Positions 35,447 to 43,327 of a DNA stretch of 64,000 nt are shown here, one piece after another; positions within the stretch are counted from its first letter, which is position 1, and each line of letters starts with the position of its first letter. The notes beneath the pieces were generated by a model. The model did no database searches and was not told the DNA's origin. It worked only from the letters and a program-made list of their open reading frames with translations. The position numbers and the translations under genes were made by a program. Origin of the DNA: Verrucomicrobiota bacterium (GTDB lineage Bacteria; Verrucomicrobiota; Verrucomicrobiia; Limisphaerales; UBA1412); the NCBI GenBank assembly GCA_023230105.1, contig JALNXY010000002.1, positions 129,181 to 193,180 on the forward strand. The letters run 5' to 3'.

Positions 35447-36436
35447 TTACTTGAGTGATTCCAGGAGCGCTTTGAGGTTCCCTTTCATCATCCGCTCGTA
35501 GGCGTCAGCGTTCAGCGGGCCATCGTCGAGCGTCTCCAGAGTTTCCAGTCTGCCAACCTTGATCTTCCCATCCTGAGCCAGACGCTCAGCTAAACGGTCG
35601 GCGCTTTTGCTCGGGAGGAAAATGGCGACCACTCCCTCTTCCTTGATCTTCTTGAGCAAAGCGCTCAGGTGCCGCGGCGAAACATCCGAATCGGGAACTT
35701 TCTGCAATACGCCGACGCACTTGAGCCCATAGCGTTTGTTGAAGTAGGAAAAAGCGTCATGCTGAGTATAAAACGGCTTTTGCTGAACCTCTTTCAGACT
35801 CTCTTTCAGAACTTGGTCCAGCTGAGAGAGTTTCTGGTTGTATTGCTCAGCGTTTTTTCGGAAAGCCGGCGCTTTTTCGGGGGCCATCTGCTCCAGTCGT
35901 ACCGAGATCATCTTAACGCACTCCTGCGCCAGAACCGGGTCCAGCCAGATATGCGGGTCATACTGCCCGTGCTCATGAGAGTGCCCGTGCTCAGCATGCT
36001 CTGCGTGGTCGTGATCCTCCGCATCAGAATCATGAGAATCCTCGCCTTCATGAGCGGCTTCCGAGGCTTTCTCCCCTTCTCCGTAAGAGATGAGCAGCTT
36101 TTTATCCAGAGCTTCGCCCAAGTTCAAAACCTGCACACTCTTTTTCAGGGTGCCTTTCTCGATCATTGCCTCCAGCCAGGGCTCCAGCTCCAAGCCAATG
36201 CAGATGATGAGGTCCGCTCCATTGAGTTTGCGCAGGTGGCTCGGGGCCAGCTGAAACTCGTGGGGGCCGACGGTCCCTTCCATCAGGTTTTCCACCTGGG
36301 CCTGCCCTGAGGCGACCGCAGCGCTCCAGGAATAGACGGGAAGAAACGTCGTAACGACTTTAAGCTCAGCAGCCTTTGCTGAAAGAGAGAAGGCTGCCAT
36401 CAACAGGGTTGCGAGAGATATTTTAAAAAAGTTCAT
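35447..36436 (-). CDS. znuA: Periplasmic metal-binding protein of the ZnuA/TroA cluster, with acidic His-rich loop
   Basis: 329 aa, signal peptide. A His/Asp/Glu-rich loop HEGEDSHDSDAEDHDHAEHAEHGHSHEHG, typical of zinc-specific ZnuA, then DPHIWLDP. Confidence 0.8.
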   Translation of the reverse strand: MNFFKISLATLLMAAFSLSAKAAELKVVTTFLPVYSWSAAVASGQAQVENLMEGTVGPHEFQLAPSHLRKLNGADLIICIGLELEPWLEAMIEKGTLKKSVQVLNLGEALDKKLLISYGEGEKASEAAHEGEDSHDSDAEDHDHAEHAEHGHSHEHGQYDPHIWLDPVLAQECVKMISVRLEQMAPEKAPAFRKNAEQYNQKLSQLDQVLKESLKEVQQKPFYTQHDAFSYFNKRYGLKCVGVLQKVPDSDVSPRHLSALLKKIKEEGVVAIFLPSKSADRLAERLAQDGKIKVGRLETLETLDDGPLNADAYERMMKGNLKALLESLK

Positions 36437-36449
36437 GATTCAGCTATAC

Positions 36450-36472
36450 TAATTGCAAACCGTTTGCAATTA
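36450..36472. promoter_or_regulatory. Perfect 11-1-11 palindrome TAATTGCAAAC-C-GTTTGCAATTA, 14 nt upstream of the znuA start (candidate Zur/Fur-family operator)
   Basis: Read directly: the reverse complement of the left arm equals the right arm. Located between the rpsR terminator and the znuA ATG, overlapping the only place a znuA core promoter can sit. Confidence 0.55.
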
Positions 36473-36480
36473 AACTCTAC

Positions 36481-36515
36481 AAAAAAATCCTTCCTCTTGC
36501 GGGAATGGATTTTTT
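36481..36515 (-). terminator. Rho-independent terminator downstream of rpsR
   Basis: ATCCATTCC/GGAAGGAT stem (one bulge) followed on the minus strand by TTTTTTT. An A-run on the other side makes it potentially bidirectional. Confidence 0.65.
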
Positions 36516-36534
36516 GGTGAGCAGGTTTTCCTGC

Positions 36535-36801
36535 CTACTTCATCAGCAACATCTGACGGGCGCGCTTCACCGAGCGGGAAAGCTGGCGCTGAAACGCTGC
36601 AGGCAAACCAGTATATTTTCTCAGAAGAATGCGGCCGTGATCGGTCACATATCTGCGCAGCAGGGTTACGTTCCTGTAATCGAGCTGGTCAATGGTAAAA
36701 TCTACCTTGGGTGCGGGGCGCGGAGTACGGCGTTCCATCGGTCTGCCGTTTGCGTTGCGTCCGCCCTTCTTACTTCTATCGGTATTTGTTTTACGAGGCA
36801 T
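36535..36801 (-). CDS. rpsR: 30S ribosomal protein S18 (cysteine-free form)
   Basis: 88 aa. IDYRNVTLLRRYVTDHGRILLRKYTGLPAAFQRQLSRSVKRARQMLLM is the S18 core. Contains no Cys. Confidence 0.92.
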   Translation of the reverse strand: MPRKTNTDRSKKGGRNANGRPMERRTPRPAPKVDFTIDQLDYRNVTLLRRYVTDHGRILLRKYTGLPAAFQRQLSRSVKRARQMLLMK

Positions 36802-36808
36802 ATTTCAA

Positions 36809-36976
36809 CTATTTGATCTCTTTGTGCAAAGTGCGACGGCGAAGATACTTATTGTACTTCATCATCTCGACTTTCTCGGTTTGGAGCTTCTTATTCCGGG
36901 AGGTCTGATACCGAGTCGGGGCTTTCCCCTCTTTGCGGGCCTCCGTACATTCAATGGTTACAATTTCGCGTGGCAT
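36809..36976 (-). CDS. rpmG: 50S ribosomal protein L33 (C-minus form; 1 of 4 zinc-ribbon cysteines retained)
   Basis: Not in the ORF track (55 aa). Manual translation gives [55 protein letters not shown]. It aligns with L33 (xxLECTEC...Y.T.KNKR...KLEL.KYCP.C.KHT.HKE), with CxxC to CxxA and CxxC to NxxL. Confidence 0.85.
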   Translation of the reverse strand: MPREIVTIECTEARKEGKAPTRYQTSRNKKLQTEKVEMMKYNKYLRRRTLHKEIK

Positions 36977-37020
36977 AATAACTACTCAAAGCCAAAAAAA
37001 TTCTATCTCTATTCTTTATC

Positions 37021-37866
37021 TTAGGCAAGCTTATCTTCACCCTCATCTTCTTCTTCAGCAGATGAGCGCGATTCCGATTCACCTCCGGAAGAGGAAGTTA
37101 GGTTCCCTAAATCACCTAAACGGCGGCGATTTTTACCCCCTTCTTTTTCAATGATGGACTGGGCCTCGACCGTGTAGCGGGTCCATGGAATCGCTTCCAA
37201 TCTGTTTTTGGGGATTGGCTTGCCGGTCATTTCACAAACCCCATAAGTCCCTTTTTGAATCCGTTTCAGCGCCTGCTCCACTTCATAAATGGCATCCCGA
37301 TCGGCAGAAAGCTGGCTCAAGGCGAAGTCCCGGTCAAAATGATCGGTCCCCGCATCGGCCATGTGCATTCCAAAATTGGAAATCTCCTGTGCAGAATGTT
37401 CGGCAAGGCCCATCATCTGGTCCTTGAGCCGCTTGCGCAGCACATAGAGATTCCTGTAATATTTGATCCACTCGGGCTTGACCCATTCAGGCGGTTCTTC
37501 CGAAAAAACAGTCTCTTCACTACTGGCTGGTACTCCGAAAAGTGAAGCCAGAGACGCCCGTTGCACCACCTTTGCGGGGCCGGCGACAGGTTGCACCTCT
37601 GCCTTTTTCTTCGGAACACTCTGAGGAACGGCAGCCGGTTTCTCGGCTTGAGCCTTTACAGAAGTTCTTTTAGCCGCAGGTTTTTTCTCCACAGCCTGAG
37701 ATACTTTTGCCTTGGAGACACTCTTCTCCTTCTGCGGCTTTTCGGCCACAGCCGGTGTAGAAGGCGTCTTGCTCAAAAGTTTAGCTTTCTGCTTTTCCTT
37801 TTCAGGTGCTTCGGCTTTCTTTTTGCTCGTCTGGCTCTTTTCTGTTGTCATCTTCTTGGCACTCAC
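37021..37866 (-). CDS. DksA/TraR-family protein lacking the Cys4 zinc finger, with long Lys/Ala/Pro-rich N-terminal tail and acidic C-terminal tail
   Basis: 281 aa, GTG start with GGAGGG SD. C-terminal core ...DHFDRDFALSQLSADRDAIYEVEQALKRIQKGTYGVCEMTGKPIPKNRLEAIPWTRYTVEAQ matches DksA (YGxCExCGxxIxxxRLxAxPxxxxCxxC), but only the first Cys is present. Residues ~1-110 are histone-H1-like (KKKAEAPEKEKQKAK...KKPAAKR...PKKKAEV). Confidence 0.75.
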   Translation of the reverse strand: MSAKKMTTEKSQTSKKKAEAPEKEKQKAKLLSKTPSTPAVAEKPQKEKSVSKAKVSQAVEKKPAAKRTSVKAQAEKPAAVPQSVPKKKAEVQPVAGPAKVVQRASLASLFGVPASSEETVFSEEPPEWVKPEWIKYYRNLYVLRKRLKDQMMGLAEHSAQEISNFGMHMADAGTDHFDRDFALSQLSADRDAIYEVEQALKRIQKGTYGVCEMTGKPIPKNRLEAIPWTRYTVEAQSIIEKEGGKNRRRLGDLGNLTSSSGGESESRSSAEEEDEGEDKLA

Positions 37867-37985
37867 TGAATACCCTCCGGACTAAATTTTCTCGTTTCAA
37901 ACTCCCGACAGGGAACTCCTGCTCCCGCAGGAAGGCTAAGCATACTGATACTTTTTAAAAAATCCACATTAATCTTCAAAAAACT

Positions 37986-38444
37986 TCAATCGTATTTTTG
38001 ACACCTCTTTTCCCTCCAACCGCGGAAAAAACTCAGCCCGACCATGCAAAGAGCCAACTCGCTAAAAATAAGCACGTTGCCCGCACTGAAAGTCAAAACC
38101 CACAGACTGTAAAAATAGCCTGAAAAAAGGCCCAGGCTGATCCAGGTATCCCGGCAGGTTTTCCATTTTTTGATGTGAATCCAGGCAATATGATGAAAGC
38201 GGGCACTCACAATCGCCAGAACCGGCGTCGCGATTCCGAATTCGAGCCAGCCCCAGTATTCCCAGCCTCCGCTCTTCAATACCCACTTGAGGAAAATCAG
38301 AATCAGCACTGGTCCCAGCCCCAGCCTTCCGGCCAGGCTCCACGGCATGAAAATGACCGGCTCCTTCTTCTCGTCGGGCGCTTGAGGCGTGGTTTGAGAG
38401 TCAGGTGTGGTTTCCATTTTACGGCTGTGCCCGAAGGCCGACAT
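37986..38444 (-). CDS. Small 4-TM membrane protein resembling the N-terminal membrane segment of P1B-type heavy-metal ATPases
   Basis: 152 aa. WLEFGIATPVLAIVSARFHHIAWIHIKKWKTCRDTWISLGLFSGYFYSLW...IFSELALCMVGLSFFRGWREKR parallels, by eye, the ...ALATPVxxxxGxxFFxxAWxxLRxxxxxMDTLIALGxxAAYxYS...YFExAAxxxxxxLLGRxLExRA region of CopA/ZntA and stops where the actuator domain would begin. Confidence 0.4.
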   Translation of the reverse strand: MSAFGHSRKMETTPDSQTTPQAPDEKKEPVIFMPWSLAGRLGLGPVLILIFLKWVLKSGGWEYWGWLEFGIATPVLAIVSARFHHIAWIHIKKWKTCRDTWISLGLFSGYFYSLWVLTFSAGNVLIFSELALCMVGLSFFRGWREKRCQKYD

Positions 38445-38453
38445 CTGAGCGCC

Positions 38454-41006
38454 TCAACGTTGCTGTGCCGGGACAACCTGCACCGGGCGTGGTTGCGGCT
38501 TTACGTCGGCGGCGATCTGCCGCTGCAGAAACTGGATCACCTGGCGGTTCAGGTCGGGCGTATAGTGGTTATAATCATCCCGCAATTCGAAAAAGAGTTT
38601 CGAAGAGCTCTCCAGAAGCGAATAAACTCGGGCGGCCGAATCCAGACAACGGGTCAAATTCTCCTGACTGTTGACGCTATCTTCCTTGAACGTGATAATC
38701 CAGGCTGGGCGCGGTGCCACCAGTCCCAGCACTTCATTAAAGTCATAGGGAAGCCGCCTCTCATGTTCTTCGAAGGCAGCTAAACGCGGCGCAAGGAGCG
38801 GAGATTTTACCCAGCGCCCGATACCTCCAAGGTGCTGGCTCATTTTATTGATGCGCATCGGGGCAAAGCCGCCCACCGAAACGACTCCCGCGATTCCCGG
38901 GTCCATGGCCGCCGCATGCAGCGCCGCCATTCCTCCCGTATCATAGCCCACAAGATAGATTTTCTTCGGGTCCGCAAAAGGGATTCTGCCCAGAGCATCC
39001 ACAGCCAGCGATACATCCTGAACCATTTTGCCCAGGAGCGACCAGTTCGGGTAGCGCTCATAGAAACTGCGAGCCTCCTCTATTCGGGTTCCGCAGCCGA
39101 TCGGGTCAAACACCATGACCAGGAAGCCGGAAAGCGCCATTTCAAAATAGGGAGGCTCGCCGCGGAGCTGGGAGCAGGTATAACCTCCGGGCACCGAAAA
39201 ACCGGGCTGCCAGATGACCACCGGCAGATTCGTCCCGGCGGTATCGGCCCCTTCTTTGAAATAGAAATCGGCATGAGTCCCGTTACTCAGACGCACGCCT
39301 CCTTTGAGGAGAGTCGGCGGAGCACCGGAGCGGCGCATCAGGGCGGCCACCTGGAGCGGTTCGGCCTCGAATTCCGGCTCCTTCATGAGCAAGGGTGGAG
39401 TATTTCCCAGAGCCCACTCCAGCTTCTCCCGCATTTCCGTGCGCCGGATATTCCAGTTATCCCGCGAGAAGACCGGATTGCCCGAGGGGAAGGAGAGAAT
39501 ATCTTCATAGCTTTTTTCGGGATAAGAAAGCGGATTGGGTTTCTGAAGAGTGCCCGCGCTCTCCAGCCATTTTTCGCAAGTGGGATAAAAAGAGGTTTGC
39601 AGATCAAAAAGTCGCCTCATCCCCCATTGGAATTCGAGCCAGTCCAAAGCCTTCTCTCTTGATTCTCTGGTGAAAGCCGCCCCGGAGTATTCCTGCAGGA
39701 AGAGCCGTCGCGGAGACGCCCCCAGTTGGAGGTAAGTTTTTTGCAGAACCTGCAATGCCTGTTCGTTACCCCAGAGGCTCTCGGAGGGATCATTGTTCAA
39801 AGTCGCCACATAGAGAGCTCGGGGCGCAATACAGGCCGTAAGGTCGGTCTGCTCAAAGGGCAGATAATGCTCCCGTCCGGAGAAAAACCGCAACCGGGGA
39901 TTGACCCACTCCGGATGTTCACGGGTGAGCCCCTCGATTCCGCCTCCCATCTGCATCTCGGAAAAAGTCCGGAAAGGGGTGAAACCGGCCAGTCCAGGGG
40001 AAAAAGCGATCGTCGCCGAAATCCGAGTGTCTGCGGCCGCCGCTGCAATAGCCGCCTTCGCGTAAAATTCTTCGCCCGCCAGCGCTATGCGTCCGCGGTC
40101 TATTTGCTGATCTTGAACCAGGTAATCGACGACGCGCCTCATCATCCAGGCCTCGCGGCAAAGATCGCCCCAGTCGGCCATCGCCCATTGAGCCAGGACG
40201 CGCACCGAATTAGTCCCCTCTCCCGGTTCCAGGAGAGATTTTTTATCCAGCCCTACGCCCGCCCAATAACGGCAGACAATGAACCCGCGGCTCACGGAGG
40301 CCTGCGAAAACTCCTCTGTCGCGCTGCTCATGCTCCCATCGGGCTCCGAAGGCAGCACCACAACCGGCAGAAGCCTCCCGGCTGGCTCTTTGGGGAAGAT
40401 CATCTCCACGTTGATTTCCGCCTTCACATCCTCCCCCATTCTGAGAATCCCTTTCTGAGAAAAACAGCGGAAGGATTCGGTCCGGCCCGGTAAAACTTCC
40501 GGCAAAACCTCTTTGGGTGCCGGCGGAGAAGAGCCCAACACCCACCAGGTGTAAAGCCCCAGAATCTCATTGCGGCGGCCGTTCCAGATTTTTAAGAGAA
40601 TATCGCCGGGCATGGTAGGCGTTACCAGGAGCCCCCGGAGTGGATCGGGAATTAAAGGGGTGGGCAGCGAAAAATCAGGGTCTTCTGACTTCGGAGGAAA
40701 TTTTTCAAGGGTCAAGGACAAGCGCTTGAAATCCGGCGGCAACTCTCGGCTCCTGCTCTGCCATTGCTCAAAAGATTCCACCGGCGGAATCCACTTTTTC
40801 AGCTCTTCCCAGTATTCTCCGCGGCGAATCTGGGATTCTTTCTCAAGCCGTGCCAGCGTCTGCGGGTCCGGTTCCGTTACGGTCGGAGCGTTTGTCTGCC
40901 CGGTCTCTCCGCTTTCCTGAGCGCAAACACCTCCGGCCAGAAGCAGCAGGCAAACCCAAAGGGTACCCACTGCCATCCGCATTGAAGCTTTTTGAGAAAT
41001 CCTCAT
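38454..41006 (-). CDS. Large secreted protein with two alpha/beta-hydrolase-like (carbohydrate-esterase-like) halves
   Basis: 850 aa, signal peptide. First half IALAGEEFYAKAAIAAAAADTRISATIAFSPG resembles the CE15 GCSRxGKxAL...DxR block. Second half KIYLVGYDTGGMAALHAAAMDPGIAGVVSVGG resembles a GxSxG nucleophile elbow. Confidence 0.5.
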   Translation of the reverse strand: MRISQKASMRMAVGTLWVCLLLLAGGVCAQESGETGQTNAPTVTEPDPQTLARLEKESQIRRGEYWEELKKWIPPVESFEQWQSRSRELPPDFKRLSLTLEKFPPKSEDPDFSLPTPLIPDPLRGLLVTPTMPGDILLKIWNGRRNEILGLYTWWVLGSSPPAPKEVLPEVLPGRTESFRCFSQKGILRMGEDVKAEINVEMIFPKEPAGRLLPVVVLPSEPDGSMSSATEEFSQASVSRGFIVCRYWAGVGLDKKSLLEPGEGTNSVRVLAQWAMADWGDLCREAWMMRRVVDYLVQDQQIDRGRIALAGEEFYAKAAIAAAAADTRISATIAFSPGLAGFTPFRTFSEMQMGGGIEGLTREHPEWVNPRLRFFSGREHYLPFEQTDLTACIAPRALYVATLNNDPSESLWGNEQALQVLQKTYLQLGASPRRLFLQEYSGAAFTRESREKALDWLEFQWGMRRLFDLQTSFYPTCEKWLESAGTLQKPNPLSYPEKSYEDILSFPSGNPVFSRDNWNIRRTEMREKLEWALGNTPPLLMKEPEFEAEPLQVAALMRRSGAPPTLLKGGVRLSNGTHADFYFKEGADTAGTNLPVVIWQPGFSVPGGYTCSQLRGEPPYFEMALSGFLVMVFDPIGCGTRIEEARSFYERYPNWSLLGKMVQDVSLAVDALGRIPFADPKKIYLVGYDTGGMAALHAAAMDPGIAGVVSVGGFAPMRINKMSQHLGGIGRWVKSPLLAPRLAAFEEHERRLPYDFNEVLGLVAPRPAWIITFKEDSVNSQENLTRCLDSAARVYSLLESSSKLFFELRDDYNHYTPDLNRQVIQFLQRQIAADVKPQPRPVQVVPAQQR

Positions 41007-41030
41007 CTATTTCATAAACAAGAGAAGCCG

Positions 41031-42365
41031 TTAAAACAGACCGCGCGCCGGATTGAATTTGCCCATCATCTTCTGGAACTTGCCCATTTTCTTCATCATT
41101 TGCTGAAGCTGCCCGAATTTATTGAGCATGTTGTTCAGCTCGGTCACGGTCACACCGGCTCCCTTGGCGATACGCTTGCGGCGACTGGCGTTGAGCACCT
41201 GCGGTTTTTCACGCTCCAGCGGAGTCATAGAGCAAATCAGGGCGTCCATGTGGATAAACTCCTTTTCGCTCCGGCTTAAATTAGCTCCCTGGAGCATCCC
41301 GGCTCCGCCCGGAAGCATCCCGACGATATTTTCCAGGGGACCCAGTTTGCGCATCTGGCGCAGCTGTTCACGGAAATCGCTCAAGGTAAACTGACCCTTG
41401 CGGACTTTCTCCTCCAGCCGCAGGGCCGCCTCCTGGTCTACCGTCTCGGCCGCTTTTTCCACCAGGCTCACCACGTCGCCCATTCCCAAAATGCGGGAAG
41501 CCATCCGCTCCGGGTGAAACGGCTCAAAAGCATCCAGTTTTTCTCCCGTACCGGCAAATTTGATCGGCTTACCGGTCACTTTGCATAAACTCAGGGCCGC
41601 ACCACCTCGGGCATCGCCATCAAGTTTCGTCAAAATAGCGCCTGTGATATTAAGTGCCTGGTCAAAATGCGAGGCCACATTCACCGCTTCCTGGCCCGTA
41701 GCCGCGTCCAGTGCCAGAAGAATTTCACGCGGCTTGACCAGATCGCGAAGCCGAACGAGCTCCTGCACGAGCGGTTCATCAATCTGAAGACGGCCGGCGG
41801 TATCAAAAATCACCACATTGGCGCCCAGGGTCTTTGCATGTTCCAGAGCGTGAGCCGCTATTTTGAGCACATCGGTCTCACCTTTCTCCACCCAGACCGG
41901 AACGCCGACCTGTTTGCCCACCGTATCAAGCTGGTCCATTGCCGCCGGACGGTAAACATCAGCCGCCACCAGGAGCGGTTTTTTCCCCATCCGTGTCAGA
42001 TAGCGTCCCAATTTTCCCGCGGAAGTCGTTTTGCCCGAGCCATGAAGACCGCAGAGAAGAATACAGCTGGGCGACGCATCCAGTAAAAGCCCGGAATGAG
42101 CTGAGCCCAGGAGATTCACCAGCTCATCATGAATAATTTTGATGATCTGCTGCCCCGGCTGAATGCTTTGAATAACCTCTTGTCCAATCGCTTTTTGACG
42201 GACCTCTTCAATAAATTCACGCGCCACCTTGAAGTTCACATCTGCCTCCAGGAGCGCCATACGTACCTCCCGCAGCGAATCCGCCACATTGGAATCGCTG
42301 ATTTTCCCCATTCCGCGCAGATTTTTGAACACCTGCTGCAATTTTCCGCTTAAAGCATCAAACAT
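41031..42365 (-). CDS. ffh: Signal recognition particle protein Ffh
   Basis: 444 aa. N domain, G domain GLHGSGKTTSAGKL, DTAGRL, TKLDGDARGG, and a Met-rich M domain. Confidence 0.95.
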   Translation of the reverse strand: MFDALSGKLQQVFKNLRGMGKISDSNVADSLREVRMALLEADVNFKVAREFIEEVRQKAIGQEVIQSIQPGQQIIKIIHDELVNLLGSAHSGLLLDASPSCILLCGLHGSGKTTSAGKLGRYLTRMGKKPLLVAADVYRPAAMDQLDTVGKQVGVPVWVEKGETDVLKIAAHALEHAKTLGANVVIFDTAGRLQIDEPLVQELVRLRDLVKPREILLALDAATGQEAVNVASHFDQALNITGAILTKLDGDARGGAALSLCKVTGKPIKFAGTGEKLDAFEPFHPERMASRILGMGDVVSLVEKAAETVDQEAALRLEEKVRKGQFTLSDFREQLRQMRKLGPLENIVGMLPGGAGMLQGANLSRSEKEFIHMDALICSMTPLEREKPQVLNASRRKRIAKGAGVTVTELNNMLNKFGQLQQMMKKMGKFQKMMGKFNPARGLF

Positions 42366-42402
42366 GATTTAGAGTCTAAACGATTTTATTGCTTTGACAA
42401 GC

Positions 42403-42430
42403 TTGACAAGCGTCAAAATCCAGGTATGAT
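42403..42430 (+). promoter_or_regulatory. Sigma-70-type promoter for tRNA-Tyr
   Basis: TTGACA (42403-42408), 16-nt spacer, TATGAT (42425-42430), 17 nt before the mature tRNA 5' end. Confidence 0.5.
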
Positions 42431-42447
42431 CGGCCCTCGTTACGGGT

Positions 42448-42533
42448 GGTAGGATACCCAAGTGGCCAACGGGGGCAGACTGTAAATCTGCTGGCTAACG
42501 CCTTCACTGGTTCGAATCCAGTTCCTACCACCA
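42448..42533 (+). tRNA. tRNA-Tyr (anticodon GUA), class II with long variable arm, CCA encoded
   Basis: Hand fold. Acceptor GGTAGGA/TCCTACC, D arm CCC-AAGTGGCCAAC-GGG, anticodon arm GCAGA-CTGTAAA-TCTGC, variable arm TGGCTAACGCCTTC, T arm ACTGG-TTCGAAT-CCAGT, discriminator A, CCA. Confidence 0.9.
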
Positions 42534-42681
42534 TTTTTCTTTTCTACTTTCCTCTCCAATTACTCCAAGACGCTCCGAAGTTTTTAATTATTTAACTTGG
42601 CGGTTTGCCTGTCTTACCTTTATATTCATAGCGTATTTTATCAGAAGCACTTCCACTTGGGAGAAAACCGCAAACACTGTT

Positions 42682-43224
42682 ATGAATAAAACGCCATCAA
42701 AACTTCTCTGGAGAATAGGCAAAAACGGTCTTTGGACCGGGAGTGTTCTGTTATTATTGCTCATTGTATCGCTCGTAATTAGTTCGCAAATACCAAAACA
42801 TAAACCTTTCTACGACGGTGACTTCAGGTATTGGCCTCCACGCAAGGATAAGGCTACCGGAGAAGGAATTGCTTCTCTTCTTCGGGTTGAAGGAAAAACA
42901 AGTGGAATGGAAGAATTTGCTATCCCCTCAACTGCAAACAACAAGGGAAAGACGTATCGTATTACTCGTTTTTTCCCCACGGCATTTAGGAGCTGCTCCA
43001 ATCTGGCAAGGATCACGATTCCGGAGGGTATCACCCGTATCGGAGAGGGAGCATTCCAAAATTGTAAAAGTTTAAAAAATGTTTATTTCAAGAGACCTCC
43101 TGCAGATAATTTTATTCGAGCATTTGATAGAAAGACGATACTTCATTACATTGAAGGAACTCCGGGCTGGACGACTCCTGAATGGAATGGATTCACTACC
43201 CGGATTTGGGTTCCTGAATCGTGA
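42682..43224 (+). CDS. Membrane-anchored BspA-type leucine-rich-repeat protein
   Basis: 180 aa, N-terminal TM (LWTGSVLLLLLIVSLVISS). LRR_5-like units FPTAFRSCSNLARITIPEGITRIGEGAFQNCKSLKNVYF. Lower GC than the surroundings. Confidence 0.7.
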   Translation: MNKTPSKLLWRIGKNGLWTGSVLLLLLIVSLVISSQIPKHKPFYDGDFRYWPPRKDKATGEGIASLLRVEGKTSGMEEFAIPSTANNKGKTYRITRFFPTAFRSCSNLARITIPEGITRIGEGAFQNCKSLKNVYFKRPPADNFIRAFDRKTILHYIEGTPGWTTPEWNGFTTRIWVPES

Positions 43225-43285
43225 AATCGGCAAGGAGAAGGGAAGATCGGAATATCTTTGCTGCACCCCATCGGGGTGCAGCAGT

Positions 43286-43327
43286 GAAATAAAAAGAGGA
43301 CGCTCTCCTCTACAGAAAGTCGTCCTC
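43286..43327 (-). terminator. Rho-independent terminator downstream of the 43374..44411 gene
   Basis: GAGGACG-loop-CGTCCTC followed on the minus strand by TTTTTATTTC. Confidence 0.6.
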
